This document shows positions 44,657 through 54,425 of a stretch of DNA of 64,000 nucleotides, piece by piece (position 1 is the first letter of the stretch; each line of letters starts with the position of its first letter). Source of the stretch: an uncultured delta proteobacterium (GTDB taxonomy: Bacteria; Desulfobacterota; Desulfuromonadia; Geobacterales; Pseudopelobacteraceae). The translations under genes were made by a program, and so were the position numbers. The notes beneath the pieces were generated by a model. That model saw nothing but the letters and a program-made list of their open reading frames with translations. It had not been told where the DNA came from and searched no databases. The stretch spans positions 467,710 to 531,709 of the forward strand of contig CAVYYZ010000002.1 of NCBI GenBank assembly GCA_963772835.1. Reading direction: 5' to 3'.

Positions 44657-46969
44657 ATGGAAAGAAAGAAGCCGTCTCCCCGCGCAACTAATCGATTTTC
44701 GTCAACAGTGCTGCTGTTTGTGGTGACTCTGGCAGTTGTTGCACTTCTGGGTGTATCCGGCTACGTGTTTTATCTGATGGCAAAGCTTCCGCGGGTGGAT
44801 CGACTGGCCGATTACAAACCCCCCATCGTCTCACAGGTTTTTGGCGATGACGGCATTCTGGTCGGAGAATTTTATCTGGAACGACGCATTGTGGTGCCGA
44901 TCAACAAGATGCCCCGCAAACTGATTCAGGCATTTGTCTCTGCTGAAGATTCCAACTTCTATTCCCACAAAGGTATTGATTATCTGGGGATTTTGCGGGC
45001 GGCATTTAAAAACGTGATCTCCATGAGTAAAAAGGAGGGGGCCTCCACGATCACCCAGCAGGTTACAAAATCAATGCTGCTGTCACCGGAGAAAAAGTTT
45101 TCCCGGAAGATCAAGGAAGCCATTCTTGCCAAGCGCATGGAGGAGCGGCTCTCCAAGGACGAAATCCTGTACCTGTACCTGAACCAGATTTATCTCGGAA
45201 GCGGCTCATACGGTGTGCAGGCGGCTGCCGAAACCTACTTCGGCAAAAACGTAGATCAGCTCAACCTGGCCGAAATGTCCATGCTTGCCGGCCTCCCGAA
45301 GGCGCCGAACACCTATTCCCCGATCAAACACCTTGATAAGGCGCGCGAACGGCAAGGGTATGTGCTTGATCGCATGACAACAGAGGGATACATAACACCT
45401 GCAGAGGCCGAGCATGCCCGGAAGACGCCCATTATCCTGCAGTCGATGAAGAAGGTCAACAACGAGCAGTCCGCCTATTTTCTCGAATACCTGCGGATCC
45501 AGCTGGAACAGAAATTCGGTGAAGAACAGCTCTACAAGGGGGGGCTGAAAATCTACACCACCATGAATGCCGGCATGCAGCGGGCAGCCTATGAGAGCCT
45601 TCGCAAAGGGCTCAAAGAAGTTGATAAGCACCAGGGCTACCGCGGGCCGACAAAGTATTTAAGTGAAACGGACGTCGATGTTTTTTGCAGTAAAGTTGAG
45701 GACGCTATCGATTCCGTCACACTAAAGGCCGGCGAGACCTATCAGGGTGTCGTGGTCGGATTCAACCCCCAAAAAGGTGAAGCTCTGGTCAGGGTTGGAG
45801 AACGCACCGGAATTCTTTCCCGAAAGAATATGGCATGGGCAGGCAAGGTCGGCATGACCAACCATTACGGCAAACCGGAGAAGGGCAACAAAGGGCTGAC
45901 ACTCGGCTCCGTTATAGAAGTGTCGGTCGTATCACCTGAAATCAACAAGGAAGGTGCGCAGTTTGCACTTGATCAGACCCCTGAAGTGCAGGCTGCTCTG
46001 GTTTCGATTGATCCCCGGACCGGCGGTGTCAAGGCAATGGTCGGCGGGTACGACTTCAAAAAAAGCCAGTTCAACCGCGCCATGCAGGCCAAGAGAAATG
46101 CCGGATCGGCCTTCAAACCGATAATATATGCAGCGGCCCTCGACAAGGGGCTGACCCCGGCTACGATTATTGAGGACGCGCCGGTCGAATACCCTGATGG
46201 TGCCGGCGGAATATGGAAGCCCCAGAATTACGACCATGACTTCCGTGGTCCCGTGACCATGCGCGAAGCGCTGACCTATTCCATCAATATTGTCAGCGTG
46301 AAGATCATGGAACAGATCGGAGCACAGTACGCCGCAGAATACGCAAGGAAACTGGGGTTCACATCCCCGATTCCGGCCAACCTGGCACTGGCGCTGGGGG
46401 CCGCGTCAATATCCCCCTTTGAATTGACATCTGCATACGCTGTCTTTGCGAACAGCGGGGTGCTGGCCTCTCCATACTTCATCAGTAAAGTTACCGACTC
46501 CGATGGCACGGTCCTTCAGGAGACACCGCCATCCGTACCGGTTCCGGTAATCTCACCCGAAACGGCATATGTCATAACCAATCTGATGCAGAGTGTCGTC
46601 TCCAGCGGCACCGGGCACCGGGCATCAATCATCGGCCGGCCGGTCGCAGGCAAGACCGGCACAACCAACGGGGCAAAGGATGCCTGGTTTGTCGGGTACA
46701 TTCCTCAACTGGTGACAGGCGTATGGGTCGGTTATGATCAGGAGCGGTCTCTGGGAAGCGGCGGGACCGGGGGGCAGGCGGCCGCCCCGATCTGGAGTGA
46801 TTTTATGCAAAAAGCGGTGCTGTCACTGCCTTCAGAAGATTTTGCGGCACCCGAAAACGTTTCATTCGTACTGATAAATCCGCGCACCGGAAAACTGGCC
46901 AAAGAAAACACGCCGGGGGCGGTTATGGAATGTTTCATCAAGGGTACGGAACCGTACGCGTACGATTAA
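44657..46969 (+). CDS. mrcA: Penicillin-binding protein 1A
   Basis: TM anchor, AEDSNFYSH, GASTITQQ, RKIKE, SAFK, SIN, KTGT. Confidence 0.92.
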   Translation: MERKKPSPRATNRFSSTVLLFVVTLAVVALLGVSGYVFYLMAKLPRVDRLADYKPPIVSQVFGDDGILVGEFYLERRIVVPINKMPRKLIQAFVSAEDSNFYSHKGIDYLGILRAAFKNVISMSKKEGASTITQQVTKSMLLSPEKKFSRKIKEAILAKRMEERLSKDEILYLYLNQIYLGSGSYGVQAAAETYFGKNVDQLNLAEMSMLAGLPKAPNTYSPIKHLDKARERQGYVLDRMTTEGYITPAEAEHARKTPIILQSMKKVNNEQSAYFLEYLRIQLEQKFGEEQLYKGGLKIYTTMNAGMQRAAYESLRKGLKEVDKHQGYRGPTKYLSETDVDVFCSKVEDAIDSVTLKAGETYQGVVVGFNPQKGEALVRVGERTGILSRKNMAWAGKVGMTNHYGKPEKGNKGLTLGSVIEVSVVSPEINKEGAQFALDQTPEVQAALVSIDPRTGGVKAMVGGYDFKKSQFNRAMQAKRNAGSAFKPIIYAAALDKGLTPATIIEDAPVEYPDGAGGIWKPQNYDHDFRGPVTMREALTYSINIVSVKIMEQIGAQYAAEYARKLGFTSPIPANLALALGAASISPFELTSAYAVFANSGVLASPYFISKVTDSDGTVLQETPPSVPVPVISPETAYVITNLMQSVVSSGTGHRASIIGRPVAGKTGTTNGAKDAWFVGYIPQLVTGVWVGYDQERSLGSGGTGGQAAAPIWSDFMQKAVLSLPSEDFAAPENVSFVLINPRTGKLAKENTPGAVMECFIKGTEPYAYD

Positions 46970-46985
46970 TTCCCCATTGCATTCA

Positions 46986-47035
46986 AGGGGCGAGGCGTTG
47001 CCTCGTCCAATGTGGCGGCCGAAGCGCTCGCCCCG
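46986..47035. repeat. Degenerate REP-like inverted repeat between convergent genes
   Basis: GGGGCGAGGCGTTGCCTCGTCC ... GCGCTCGCCCC; nested hairpins. Confidence 0.4.
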
Positions 47036-47036
47036 C

Positions 47037-48275
47037 CTATAACGAAATATCCTCGGCAACCCCGCTTTTCTGATGTACCACCGACTTGAATTTATCCCAG
47101 TCGACCTTCTCCGAAAGTTTCTGCGATTTTATCATCTGCCGCGCTTCTTCTCCAAGGCCTGAGCTCTTGTGATAGACGTCACGATGCACCTCTAAATAAA
47201 CCCGGCCGTTACGGTCCACCGCCAGCTTGACCGGCTGGTAGACTATCTCACCTCTCGTATTCACTTTAATCTGCGGAAAGAAACGTTCCATCTCAATTGG
47301 AGAAAGCCGGATACAGCCATGGCTCGAGAAACTGTAAATAGACGACGGTCTTATGGTGCTATGGATCAGTATGCCGGGAATTGAGGTCTTGATCGCGTAC
47401 TTACCAAGCGGGTTTTCCGGCCCCGGCAGAATAGTGGTTATAACCTCTTTTCCCTGTTCCTCCCGCTCAGTTTGAATTGACTGCGGCACCGTCCATGTCG
47501 GGTCTTTCAGCTTGGCCGTGATTCTGAATTTTCCAACCGGTGTCTGCCAGATATATTTTTCGTTTTTGACCACCGAACCAAGCGCCACTGGGAGAGACAG
47601 CACCAGAGTTCCCTGCTGGAAATAGTACAGCGTCAGGTCAGGAATATTGATGATAATACCATCCCGAATCCGCCGGGGTATGATTTTGCGGTTATTATAG
47701 ACAAGCCGCTGCCCGATCTTGAGGTACGACTTTGCATCAAGAGAGTTCATGCCGCGAAGCTGCTGCTGCGTAACCCCCAACTTTGCCGCGACAAGACGGA
47801 CGGTATCCGCTTTCACAACCGTGTAGACGCCTTTTGAGCCGACAAGCCGATTGGAAACGGGTTCTGCATCCGGTACGTGGGCCGGTTCCGCGACCGGTTC
47901 TTCAACCGGCTCTGAAAAAAGCACCGGAGACCGTTCCGCCTGATCTCCCGTCACCTCCGGCACCGGTGCAGAGTCAGAAGCTTTGATCATCGATTCGATG
48001 ATCCGCGACTTCAAAAGTGCCAGATGGTAATTTTCATCGGCCTTTTCCTGGTCGTTACTCAAAAAACAGCCGCGGGCGACGTCAAAGACGTGATCGAGCC
48101 CCTTCATTTCTTCGGGAAACTTTTCGACAGCATCATTCCGCTGCAGGCTCAACAGTGCCGACTCAGCATCCTGCCTGGCATCCGCAGCCACAACGGCAGC
48201 AAAGAACAACTGAGCGGACAGGAGAAGGAGAAGCAGACAGATATATGATGGGAGCTGTTTAAGAAAAGATTTCAT
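47037..48275 (-). CDS. LysM-containing L,D-transpeptidase (YkuD family)
   Basis: Signal peptide, LysM, IIINIP, TPVG.F, PGPENPLG, IHST..SHGCIR; start uncertain. Confidence 0.87.
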   Translation of the reverse strand: MKSFLKQLPSYICLLLLLLSAQLFFAAVVAADARQDAESALLSLQRNDAVEKFPEEMKGLDHVFDVARGCFLSNDQEKADENYHLALLKSRIIESMIKASDSAPVPEVTGDQAERSPVLFSEPVEEPVAEPAHVPDAEPVSNRLVGSKGVYTVVKADTVRLVAAKLGVTQQQLRGMNSLDAKSYLKIGQRLVYNNRKIIPRRIRDGIIINIPDLTLYYFQQGTLVLSLPVALGSVVKNEKYIWQTPVGKFRITAKLKDPTWTVPQSIQTEREEQGKEVITTILPGPENPLGKYAIKTSIPGILIHSTIRPSSIYSFSSHGCIRLSPIEMERFFPQIKVNTRGEIVYQPVKLAVDRNGRVYLEVHRDVYHKSSGLGEEARQMIKSQKLSEKVDWDKFKSVVHQKSGVAEDISL

Positions 48276-48331
48276 AACGGCGCTTATGTACATTATCCCA
48301 GGCGGAATGTGCAAACTTATTCTACCTACCA

Positions 48332-48369
48332 TACGTAAAACGCCCCCGATGGAATATCCAGGGGGCGTC
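48332..48369 (-). terminator. Terminator hairpin, copy 1 of a direct repeat
   Basis: TACGTAAAACGCCCCCGATGGAATATCCAGGGGGCGTC. Confidence 0.7.
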
Positions 48370-48453
48370 ACAGATAGTGGGGCGGCTAAGCGGACATTGA
48401 TGATTTGTCGATTAAAAGCCGAGTTAGTCACCAAATCAACAACGCCCTTATCC

Positions 48454-49383
48454 TCACAATATCGATATTCGATAGGCGTTCTTACCCGCGCGCTTGGCCT
48501 CGAACAAGGCCAGATCGGCGTTTTTCATCAACATGTCCGCATCATTACCATGGTCGGGATAGATGCTGACGCCGGCACTGGTGGTCACGCTAACGGTAAG
48601 GCCCTCAATGACATATGGCTGCGAGACCGCCTCGATCGCCCGAGACGCCGCCATGGTCGCATAGTCGCTGCCACTGACGTGCCACAGCGCGATGATGAAC
48701 TCGTCACCACCCACACGCGCCACGGTATCCTCCTCGCGTACTGTTGCCACGAGTCGCTCTGCAACCATTTTCAGCAGAGTGTCGCCGACGCCGTGCCCCA
48801 ACGTGTCATTGATCTTCTTGAAGCCGTCCAGATCCAGATACACCACCGCCATGGCGCTCCTGTTCCTGTGCGCATGGACCAGGGCCATCGCCATCCGGTC
48901 GGCCAGTAGTCGTCTGTTGGCCAGCCCCGTCAACGGATCGTTCAGCGCCAGCTCCTCCAGTTTCTTGCCGTACTTGCGGGCCGCCTCGTGCAACAGGCGG
49001 ACTTCCAGCATGTTGTGAACCCGCATCAGCACTTCGGCCAGATCGAACGGTTTGCTGACGAAATCCTTCGCGCCACACTGAAGGGCGCGTAACTTATGGG
49101 TCGGTTGGGCGGTAACAGCCAGTATCGGCAGATAGCCGTCTATTTCTATTTCCTTGAGGCCTTCCATTACCTGGAAACCATCCATTCCTGGCATGCGCAG
49201 ATCGAGCAGTATCAGGTCATAGTGGTTGGCTCGATGCAGGGCGCAGACAGCATGTGGATCCCTCGTCGATGAAATGCGTGTATAGCCTTCGCTCTTCAGC
49301 ATCTGTTCAAGCAGTTGCACATTGGCTTCCAGGTCGTCTACGATCAGGATGCCGGCATTCAGAATATCGGATTCAGTCAGCAT
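48454..49383 (-). CDS. Response regulator diguanylate cyclase (REC-GGDEF)
   Basis: LIVDD, LLDLRMP, DPLTGLANR, DLDGFK.IND..GH, ARVGGDEF. Confidence 0.92.
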   Translation of the reverse strand: MLTESDILNAGILIVDDLEANVQLLEQMLKSEGYTRISSTRDPHAVCALHRANHYDLILLDLRMPGMDGFQVMEGLKEIEIDGYLPILAVTAQPTHKLRALQCGAKDFVSKPFDLAEVLMRVHNMLEVRLLHEAARKYGKKLEELALNDPLTGLANRRLLADRMAMALVHAHRNRSAMAVVYLDLDGFKKINDTLGHGVGDTLLKMVAERLVATVREEDTVARVGGDEFIIALWHVSGSDYATMAASRAIEAVSQPYVIEGLTVSVTTSAGVSIYPDHGNDADMLMKNADLALFEAKRAGKNAYRISIL

Positions 49384-51931
49384 TACAGGACTCCTGTATC
49401 TTTTCATCGCCTGATGCCTCTGCTGCGAGTTCCAGCGCCACGTCGAGTGCAGTCATGAACTCGTTGACATTGATCGGCTTGGTGATATAGCGGAGGAAGC
49501 CTGTCTCCAGCCCTTTTTTGATATCGTGCGGCATGGCATTGGCACTGATGGCAAGCACCGGTATATGCGCCGTCAGCGGATCTTCACGCAGAATTTTAAG
49601 TGCCTGGATGCCGTTCATGCCTGGCAGATTGATATCCATCAGGATCACCTCCGGCAGTCGGGTGCGCGCCAGCTCGATACCGTGGATGGCATCCGCAGCA
49701 CTCAGCAGGCGCATATCGGGACGACGGGCAATGAGCTGTTCAACCAACTGCATGTTTGCCAGGTTGTCTTCCACATACAGGAGGGTATGTGGCACCGCGA
49801 CATGCTGAAAATGCTTGGGATGCGTTGACAATGCTGCAACAACGCCGTCGAGCCGTGGTTCAGCCGTCAGGTTTAGTTCAAACCAGAAGACACTCCCCGT
49901 TCCAACAGTGCTTTCCACGCCAATTGCCCCCCCCATCAATTCGATCAGTCGCTTGCTCATCACCAGGCCGATGCCGGTACCCTGCACGGACCTTGCCTCT
50001 TGCCCGAGACGGTTGAACGGCTGGAAAAGCTGGGCGAGTTTTTCGGGAGTCAATCCTTCACCACTATCATGCACACTAATGCGCAGGCGCCTTTCGATGC
50101 TCGTACAGCAGGCCACTTCGATAGTTCCCTGCGGCCGGTTGTATTTGATCGCGTTGGAAAGCAGGTTGATCAGCACCTGCTTCACCCTGGTCCGGTCGGC
50201 TTGCACAAAGACAGGGATTTCGAACCGGGGAAACGTCATACTGATTCCATTTTTTTGCGCTTCTGGCTCAATCATCTCCTGGCATTCGAGCATGACGCTG
50301 ACGAGAGACATGGATTCCAATGACAGCGACAGCCTGCCTGACTCGATCAGCGCGAGATCAAGAATTTCGTTGATCAGCTCGAGCAGATACCATCCAGCTT
50401 TGAGGATCTGGTCGATACTCCCCTTTTGTGCGGCAGTCGGTCTCGGCGAACTCGTCTCCATTAATTGGGCAAAACCGAGAATCGCATTGAGCGGGGAACG
50501 CAGCTCATGGCTCATGCTGGAAAGGAATTCTGATTTCGAGAGGTTGGCCTTTTCGGCAACGGACCTGGCATTTTCTAGCTCGATGTTCTTTTCCTGCAGT
50601 ACTTGATCCAGGCGTTTGCGTTCGGTTATATCGCGCGCTGCGGCATACACGCCCTGCAGCTTTCTGTCCCGGTCGTAGAAGGTTGTCGCGTTGAATGATA
50701 CGACTGTTTCCTTGCCGTCCCTTGCGCGGGCGGTAAGTTCGTAGTTGGTAACCTTCTTTTCTCTCAGCACCTGTTTGATACTCTTCTCGGCACAATCCGG
50801 ATCGGTGAAGTAGTTCTTGAAGGGGGCTCCGATCAGTTCATCGCGGGTGCAGCCGCTGAGCACCTCCATCTGTTTATTGACATCGGTGATGATGCCGGAC
50901 GGATCGGTGGTCATGATCGCATCGATGTTGGATTCGAACAGTGAGCGGGTATAAAACTGATGGTCGCGCAGACGTTGACTGAGTTGTTTCTGTTCCGCCT
51001 CAATCTGCTTACGGGCGGTGTTGTCAGTGCCGATCAGCAGATAGCCGATGATGGCGTCCTGCTCGTCGCGCAGGGCCGTGACCGATACGACCGCCGGGAA
51101 GCGACTGCCGTCCTTGCGGATGTAGGTCAGTTCGTAGATATCCTCTATGCCGCGCGACGCCTTGAACACCAGCGCCTCGAAGCCCGGAGTAATAGGGGTT
51201 CCCAGTTCATGGCTCAATTCTTCGGCGCGGGCGATGACCTCCTGCGGGTCGGAGATGTCGGCTGGCGTGATCTTGTTCATGACCTCGGCGGCCGTGTAAC
51301 CCAGCATGCGCTCGGCACCGACGTTGAAAATCTGGATGACCCCCCTGGCGTCGGTGGCAATGCTGGAGAAGTTGGCGCTGTTGAAAATAGCGCTCTGCAG
51401 CGCCCCGGCCTGGAGCAGCGCCTCTTCGGCCTGTTTGCGGGCAGTGTTGTCAGTGCCGATCAACAGATAGCCGATGATGGTCTCCTGTTCGTCGCGCAGG
51501 GCCGTGACCGAGACGACCGCCGGGAAACGGCTGCCGTCCTTGCGGATGTAGGTCAACTCGTAGATATCCTCGATGCCGCGCGACGCCTTGAACACCAGCG
51601 CCTCGAAGCCCGGAGTAATCGAGGTCCCCAGCTCAAGGCTCAGTTTTTCTGCACGGGCGACCACTTCATGAGGGTCTGAAATATCAGCCGGCGTGATATT
51701 GTTCATCACTTCAGCAGCTGTGTAGCCCAGCATGCGTTCCGCGCCGACGTTAAAAATCTGGATGACCCCCCTGGCGTCGGTAGCGATACTGGAGAAATTG
51801 GCGCTGTTGAAGATCGCGCTCTGAAGAGCCTCCGCCTTGAGGAGGGTTGCTTCGCTGCGACGTTCGGTGAAGAGTTCCTTCCTTTTGGCCGGATTGCCGA
51901 GAACAACAGGATCCAACATGTTACCGGACAT
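49373..51931 (-). CDS. Hybrid sensor histidine kinase (3 PAS-HisKA-HATPase-REC)
   Basis: MSHELRSPL, NLLSNAIKY, GTGIGL, YVEDN, LMDINLP. Confidence 0.93.
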   Translation of the reverse strand: MSGNMLDPVVLGNPAKRKELFTERRSEATLLKAEALQSAIFNSANFSSIATDARGVIQIFNVGAERMLGYTAAEVMNNITPADISDPHEVVARAEKLSLELGTSITPGFEALVFKASRGIEDIYELTYIRKDGSRFPAVVSVTALRDEQETIIGYLLIGTDNTARKQAEEALLQAGALQSAIFNSANFSSIATDARGVIQIFNVGAERMLGYTAAEVMNKITPADISDPQEVIARAEELSHELGTPITPGFEALVFKASRGIEDIYELTYIRKDGSRFPAVVSVTALRDEQDAIIGYLLIGTDNTARKQIEAEQKQLSQRLRDHQFYTRSLFESNIDAIMTTDPSGIITDVNKQMEVLSGCTRDELIGAPFKNYFTDPDCAEKSIKQVLREKKVTNYELTARARDGKETVVSFNATTFYDRDRKLQGVYAAARDITERKRLDQVLQEKNIELENARSVAEKANLSKSEFLSSMSHELRSPLNAILGFAQLMETSSPRPTAAQKGSIDQILKAGWYLLELINEILDLALIESGRLSLSLESMSLVSVMLECQEMIEPEAQKNGISMTFPRFEIPVFVQADRTRVKQVLINLLSNAIKYNRPQGTIEVACCTSIERRLRISVHDSGEGLTPEKLAQLFQPFNRLGQEARSVQGTGIGLVMSKRLIELMGGAIGVESTVGTGSVFWFELNLTAEPRLDGVVAALSTHPKHFQHVAVPHTLLYVEDNLANMQLVEQLIARRPDMRLLSAADAIHGIELARTRLPEVILMDINLPGMNGIQALKILREDPLTAHIPVLAISANAMPHDIKKGLETGFLRYITKPINVNEFMTALDVALELAAEASGDEKIQESCNAD
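51009..51830 (-). repeat. Tandem near-identical PAS duplication, 426-bp period
   Basis: LQSAIFNSANFSSIATDARG...GTDNTARKQ occurs twice; DNA offsets 51791 vs 51365 and 51435 vs 51009. Confidence 0.9.
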
Positions 51932-52067
51932 GGCTGGCCTCCGGATTAATCTGCATACACAGCATAATGGTACGCGGATTGAGATTAAGAGGGATCTTAT
52001 CCGCGCAATTGATTCCAGATTTAATGCAGTTCATGTATTTTTGCTCCCAATTAAGCATGTTGTGAGT

Positions 52068-53705
52068 TTAGCGGCGTCCACGACCGCGGCCCTTATCGCT
52101 CCGCAATGCTCCGGCAGAGACGATGATCGTACCGAGTATCCCGGCATATACCATTGATTCACCGAGGATGTGATGCCAGCCGAACAGTGGGACATTCACC
52201 AGCATGGCGCCGCCGATCACGAGCGACGCTGAAGCGATGGCTACGGTCAGCCGTTCAAGGTTACGGCTGACACGGCCTCCCAGTGCCTCTATCGCCGGAG
52301 CCTGCAGACGGCCCAGATCACCTTCGGCGATGCGCCGTAGTACCCGGCGCGTGTCGCCGGGGGCATCACTCATCAATCGTTCCATTTCGCGTGCCAGCTT
52401 GCCGGTCTTTTCCTTTATCCGTTCCAATGAGAAGTGCTGCTCGGTCAGACGCGATATCTCATCACGAAATGATCCCAGGTAGTCATGGTCCGGATCGAGT
52501 TCACGTATCATTGATTCGAGGATGACGAACGTACGTGTCAGGAGGAAAAACTCGCCGGGGTTGTGGACCCCGTGCCTGCTTCCGGCGCGTAGCAGAGAAT
52601 CGAATGAATCCCCGATTGATATATTCGCGAGCTCACTCCGATGGATATCATAGAGCACTGCCTTTATGTCCAGGGTAAGTGCAGCCCGGTTGACCTTTTC
52701 GCTCCCTTGCGGTGCCAGTTCGAGATATGACTCGGTGGCGGCACGCGCATCGCCCTTGACGACCGCTTCGAGCAGGTGAGTCAGCGATTCGCGCATCTGC
52801 TCGTCAAGCTCGCCGGTCATTCCGAAATCGAGCAGGGAGAGTCGCCCGTCGGGCAGAACCAGCACATTGCCGGGATGTGGATCGGCATGGAACAACCCTT
52901 CTTCGAAAATAGTCTGCAACGTCAGCTTTACCAGGGTTTTGATCAAGCGAGGCATCTCATCCGGGTGCTGCCTGGCATAGAGATCCACCCTTTCACCGGC
53001 CGAAAACTCCATTGTGAGCACGTTACCGGTCGAACACTCCGGCACGATGTCTGGAATCCATAGGTCGTCGTGGATATTTGCCAGCGCGTTGCGAAAGAGT
53101 ATTATGGAACGTGCTTCGTGAATAAAATCGGTTTCACGGTTAAGGCTGTTGGCAAATTCGCTCACCAGAACCGGGAGGTCCAGCGCACGCAGACGTGGAG
53201 AAAATTTTTCCACAAGCGCTACCAGATAGGTCAGCGCCGCAACATCCGTGGCAATCATCTCTTCAAGGCCGGGGCGCTGTACCTTCACTGCCACGTGACG
53301 ACCGTCCTTCATGGTCGCTTCATGGACTTGGGCGATGGTGGCGGCGGCGATCGGCGTTTCGCTGAACGATGTGAACAGCTCCGTCAGCGGGGCCCCCAGT
53401 TCAGCTTCAACCGTTGCGCGCACTGCAGCGAATTCCAAGGCCGGCAACTGGTCGTGCAGCTGCTCCAGTTCCTTGATGTAGGAACCGGGAAGCAGGTCGC
53501 GGCGCAGTGCAAGCACCTGTCCTAATTTGAGGAAGGTCAGTCCCAATTCCTCGAAGGTCTCCCGTATCTCTGCAGGCGGCGGCCAATGTCCCTTGCCGCG
53601 CAGGGCGCCCATGAACTTATGTCGGGCGAGCACGCGCAGAATTTGCGTCAGGCGCGGCGCTGCTCGTAGCAGGCTGCTATTTTCCGGGTCGATTACAACT
53701 GCCAT
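52068..53705 (-). CDS. ABC1/UbiB (AarF) family kinase
   Basis: FLKLGQ, PIAAATIAQVH, VAVKVQRP, FHADPHPGN, LDFGM, C-terminal TM helices. Confidence 0.9.
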   Translation of the reverse strand: MAVVIDPENSSLLRAAPRLTQILRVLARHKFMGALRGKGHWPPPAEIRETFEELGLTFLKLGQVLALRRDLLPGSYIKELEQLHDQLPALEFAAVRATVEAELGAPLTELFTSFSETPIAAATIAQVHEATMKDGRHVAVKVQRPGLEEMIATDVAALTYLVALVEKFSPRLRALDLPVLVSEFANSLNRETDFIHEARSIILFRNALANIHDDLWIPDIVPECSTGNVLTMEFSAGERVDLYARQHPDEMPRLIKTLVKLTLQTIFEEGLFHADPHPGNVLVLPDGRLSLLDFGMTGELDEQMRESLTHLLEAVVKGDARAATESYLELAPQGSEKVNRAALTLDIKAVLYDIHRSELANISIGDSFDSLLRAGSRHGVHNPGEFFLLTRTFVILESMIRELDPDHDYLGSFRDEISRLTEQHFSLERIKEKTGKLAREMERLMSDAPGDTRRVLRRIAEGDLGRLQAPAIEALGGRVSRNLERLTVAIASASLVIGGAMLVNVPLFGWHHILGESMVYAGILGTIIVSAGALRSDKGRGRGRR

Positions 53706-54358
53706 CTGTCCTCTCTTCGCTATTAATATTGGATACATATCCCGATAGCATCAATGTCAGTTACTACTTCGCAAATAACCAGCCAAGAGCAGAATTTAAC
53801 CTGATCATGATTTGATTAAATAATTACGGAGTGTTACATAACTATAAAGGACTGTTAATGCGAGTGATCGGAAGGACATGACCGCCATATCTGGCGGTGC
53901 CGCAATATATGGCGGAGTTTGTAGCACAAAGAATACTCATACTTTAAGTATTGTGGTCTGATGGGGGGAGTGGAATTAAATACGTTCGCCCGAAGGTGGT
54001 CGGTTACACAGTCGGAAATATTATTAGGGATTACCTTGCTGCCTGCCGGGAAACGATGGCTGCGCTGTCGGATGCGGCAGGGGAAATGTTCCGGGAAGAA
54101 TTTTCGGTAACTGCCTGTCGTTCGATGGGTTTTACGGGCATGCATGCTTCTGTTGTCGCACATCGCCGCCGATCCGGCATTTCAATTACGGCTGAAACGC
54201 ACAGATTGCTACTATTGCCTTGAGTCTTAATTTGCCGCGTGCCACCAGGAACACCAAAGATTTCCTCCCTATTGCCGGCCTGACGCTTCACAACCACTGG
54301 GTCCAGCCATAGCTGTAAATTGTGGCAGTTCCAAGACGCGGTGATACATACAGAGCAG

Positions 54359-54398
54359 TACGCAAAACGCCCCCGCTGGAACATCCAACGGGGGCGTC
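54359..54398 (-). terminator. hcp terminator, copy 2 of the direct repeat
   Basis: TACGCAAAACGCCCCCGCTGGAACATCCAACGGGGGCGTC just after the hcp stop. Confidence 0.75.
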
Positions 54399-54425
54399 TG
54401 CATTCAACTGTTTTCAACCATACTG

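Noticed and set aside
53740..54350. Small ORFs in the gap between the ABC1 kinase gene and hcp
   Set aside because: No recognisable motifs or convincing start; probably non-coding or decayed
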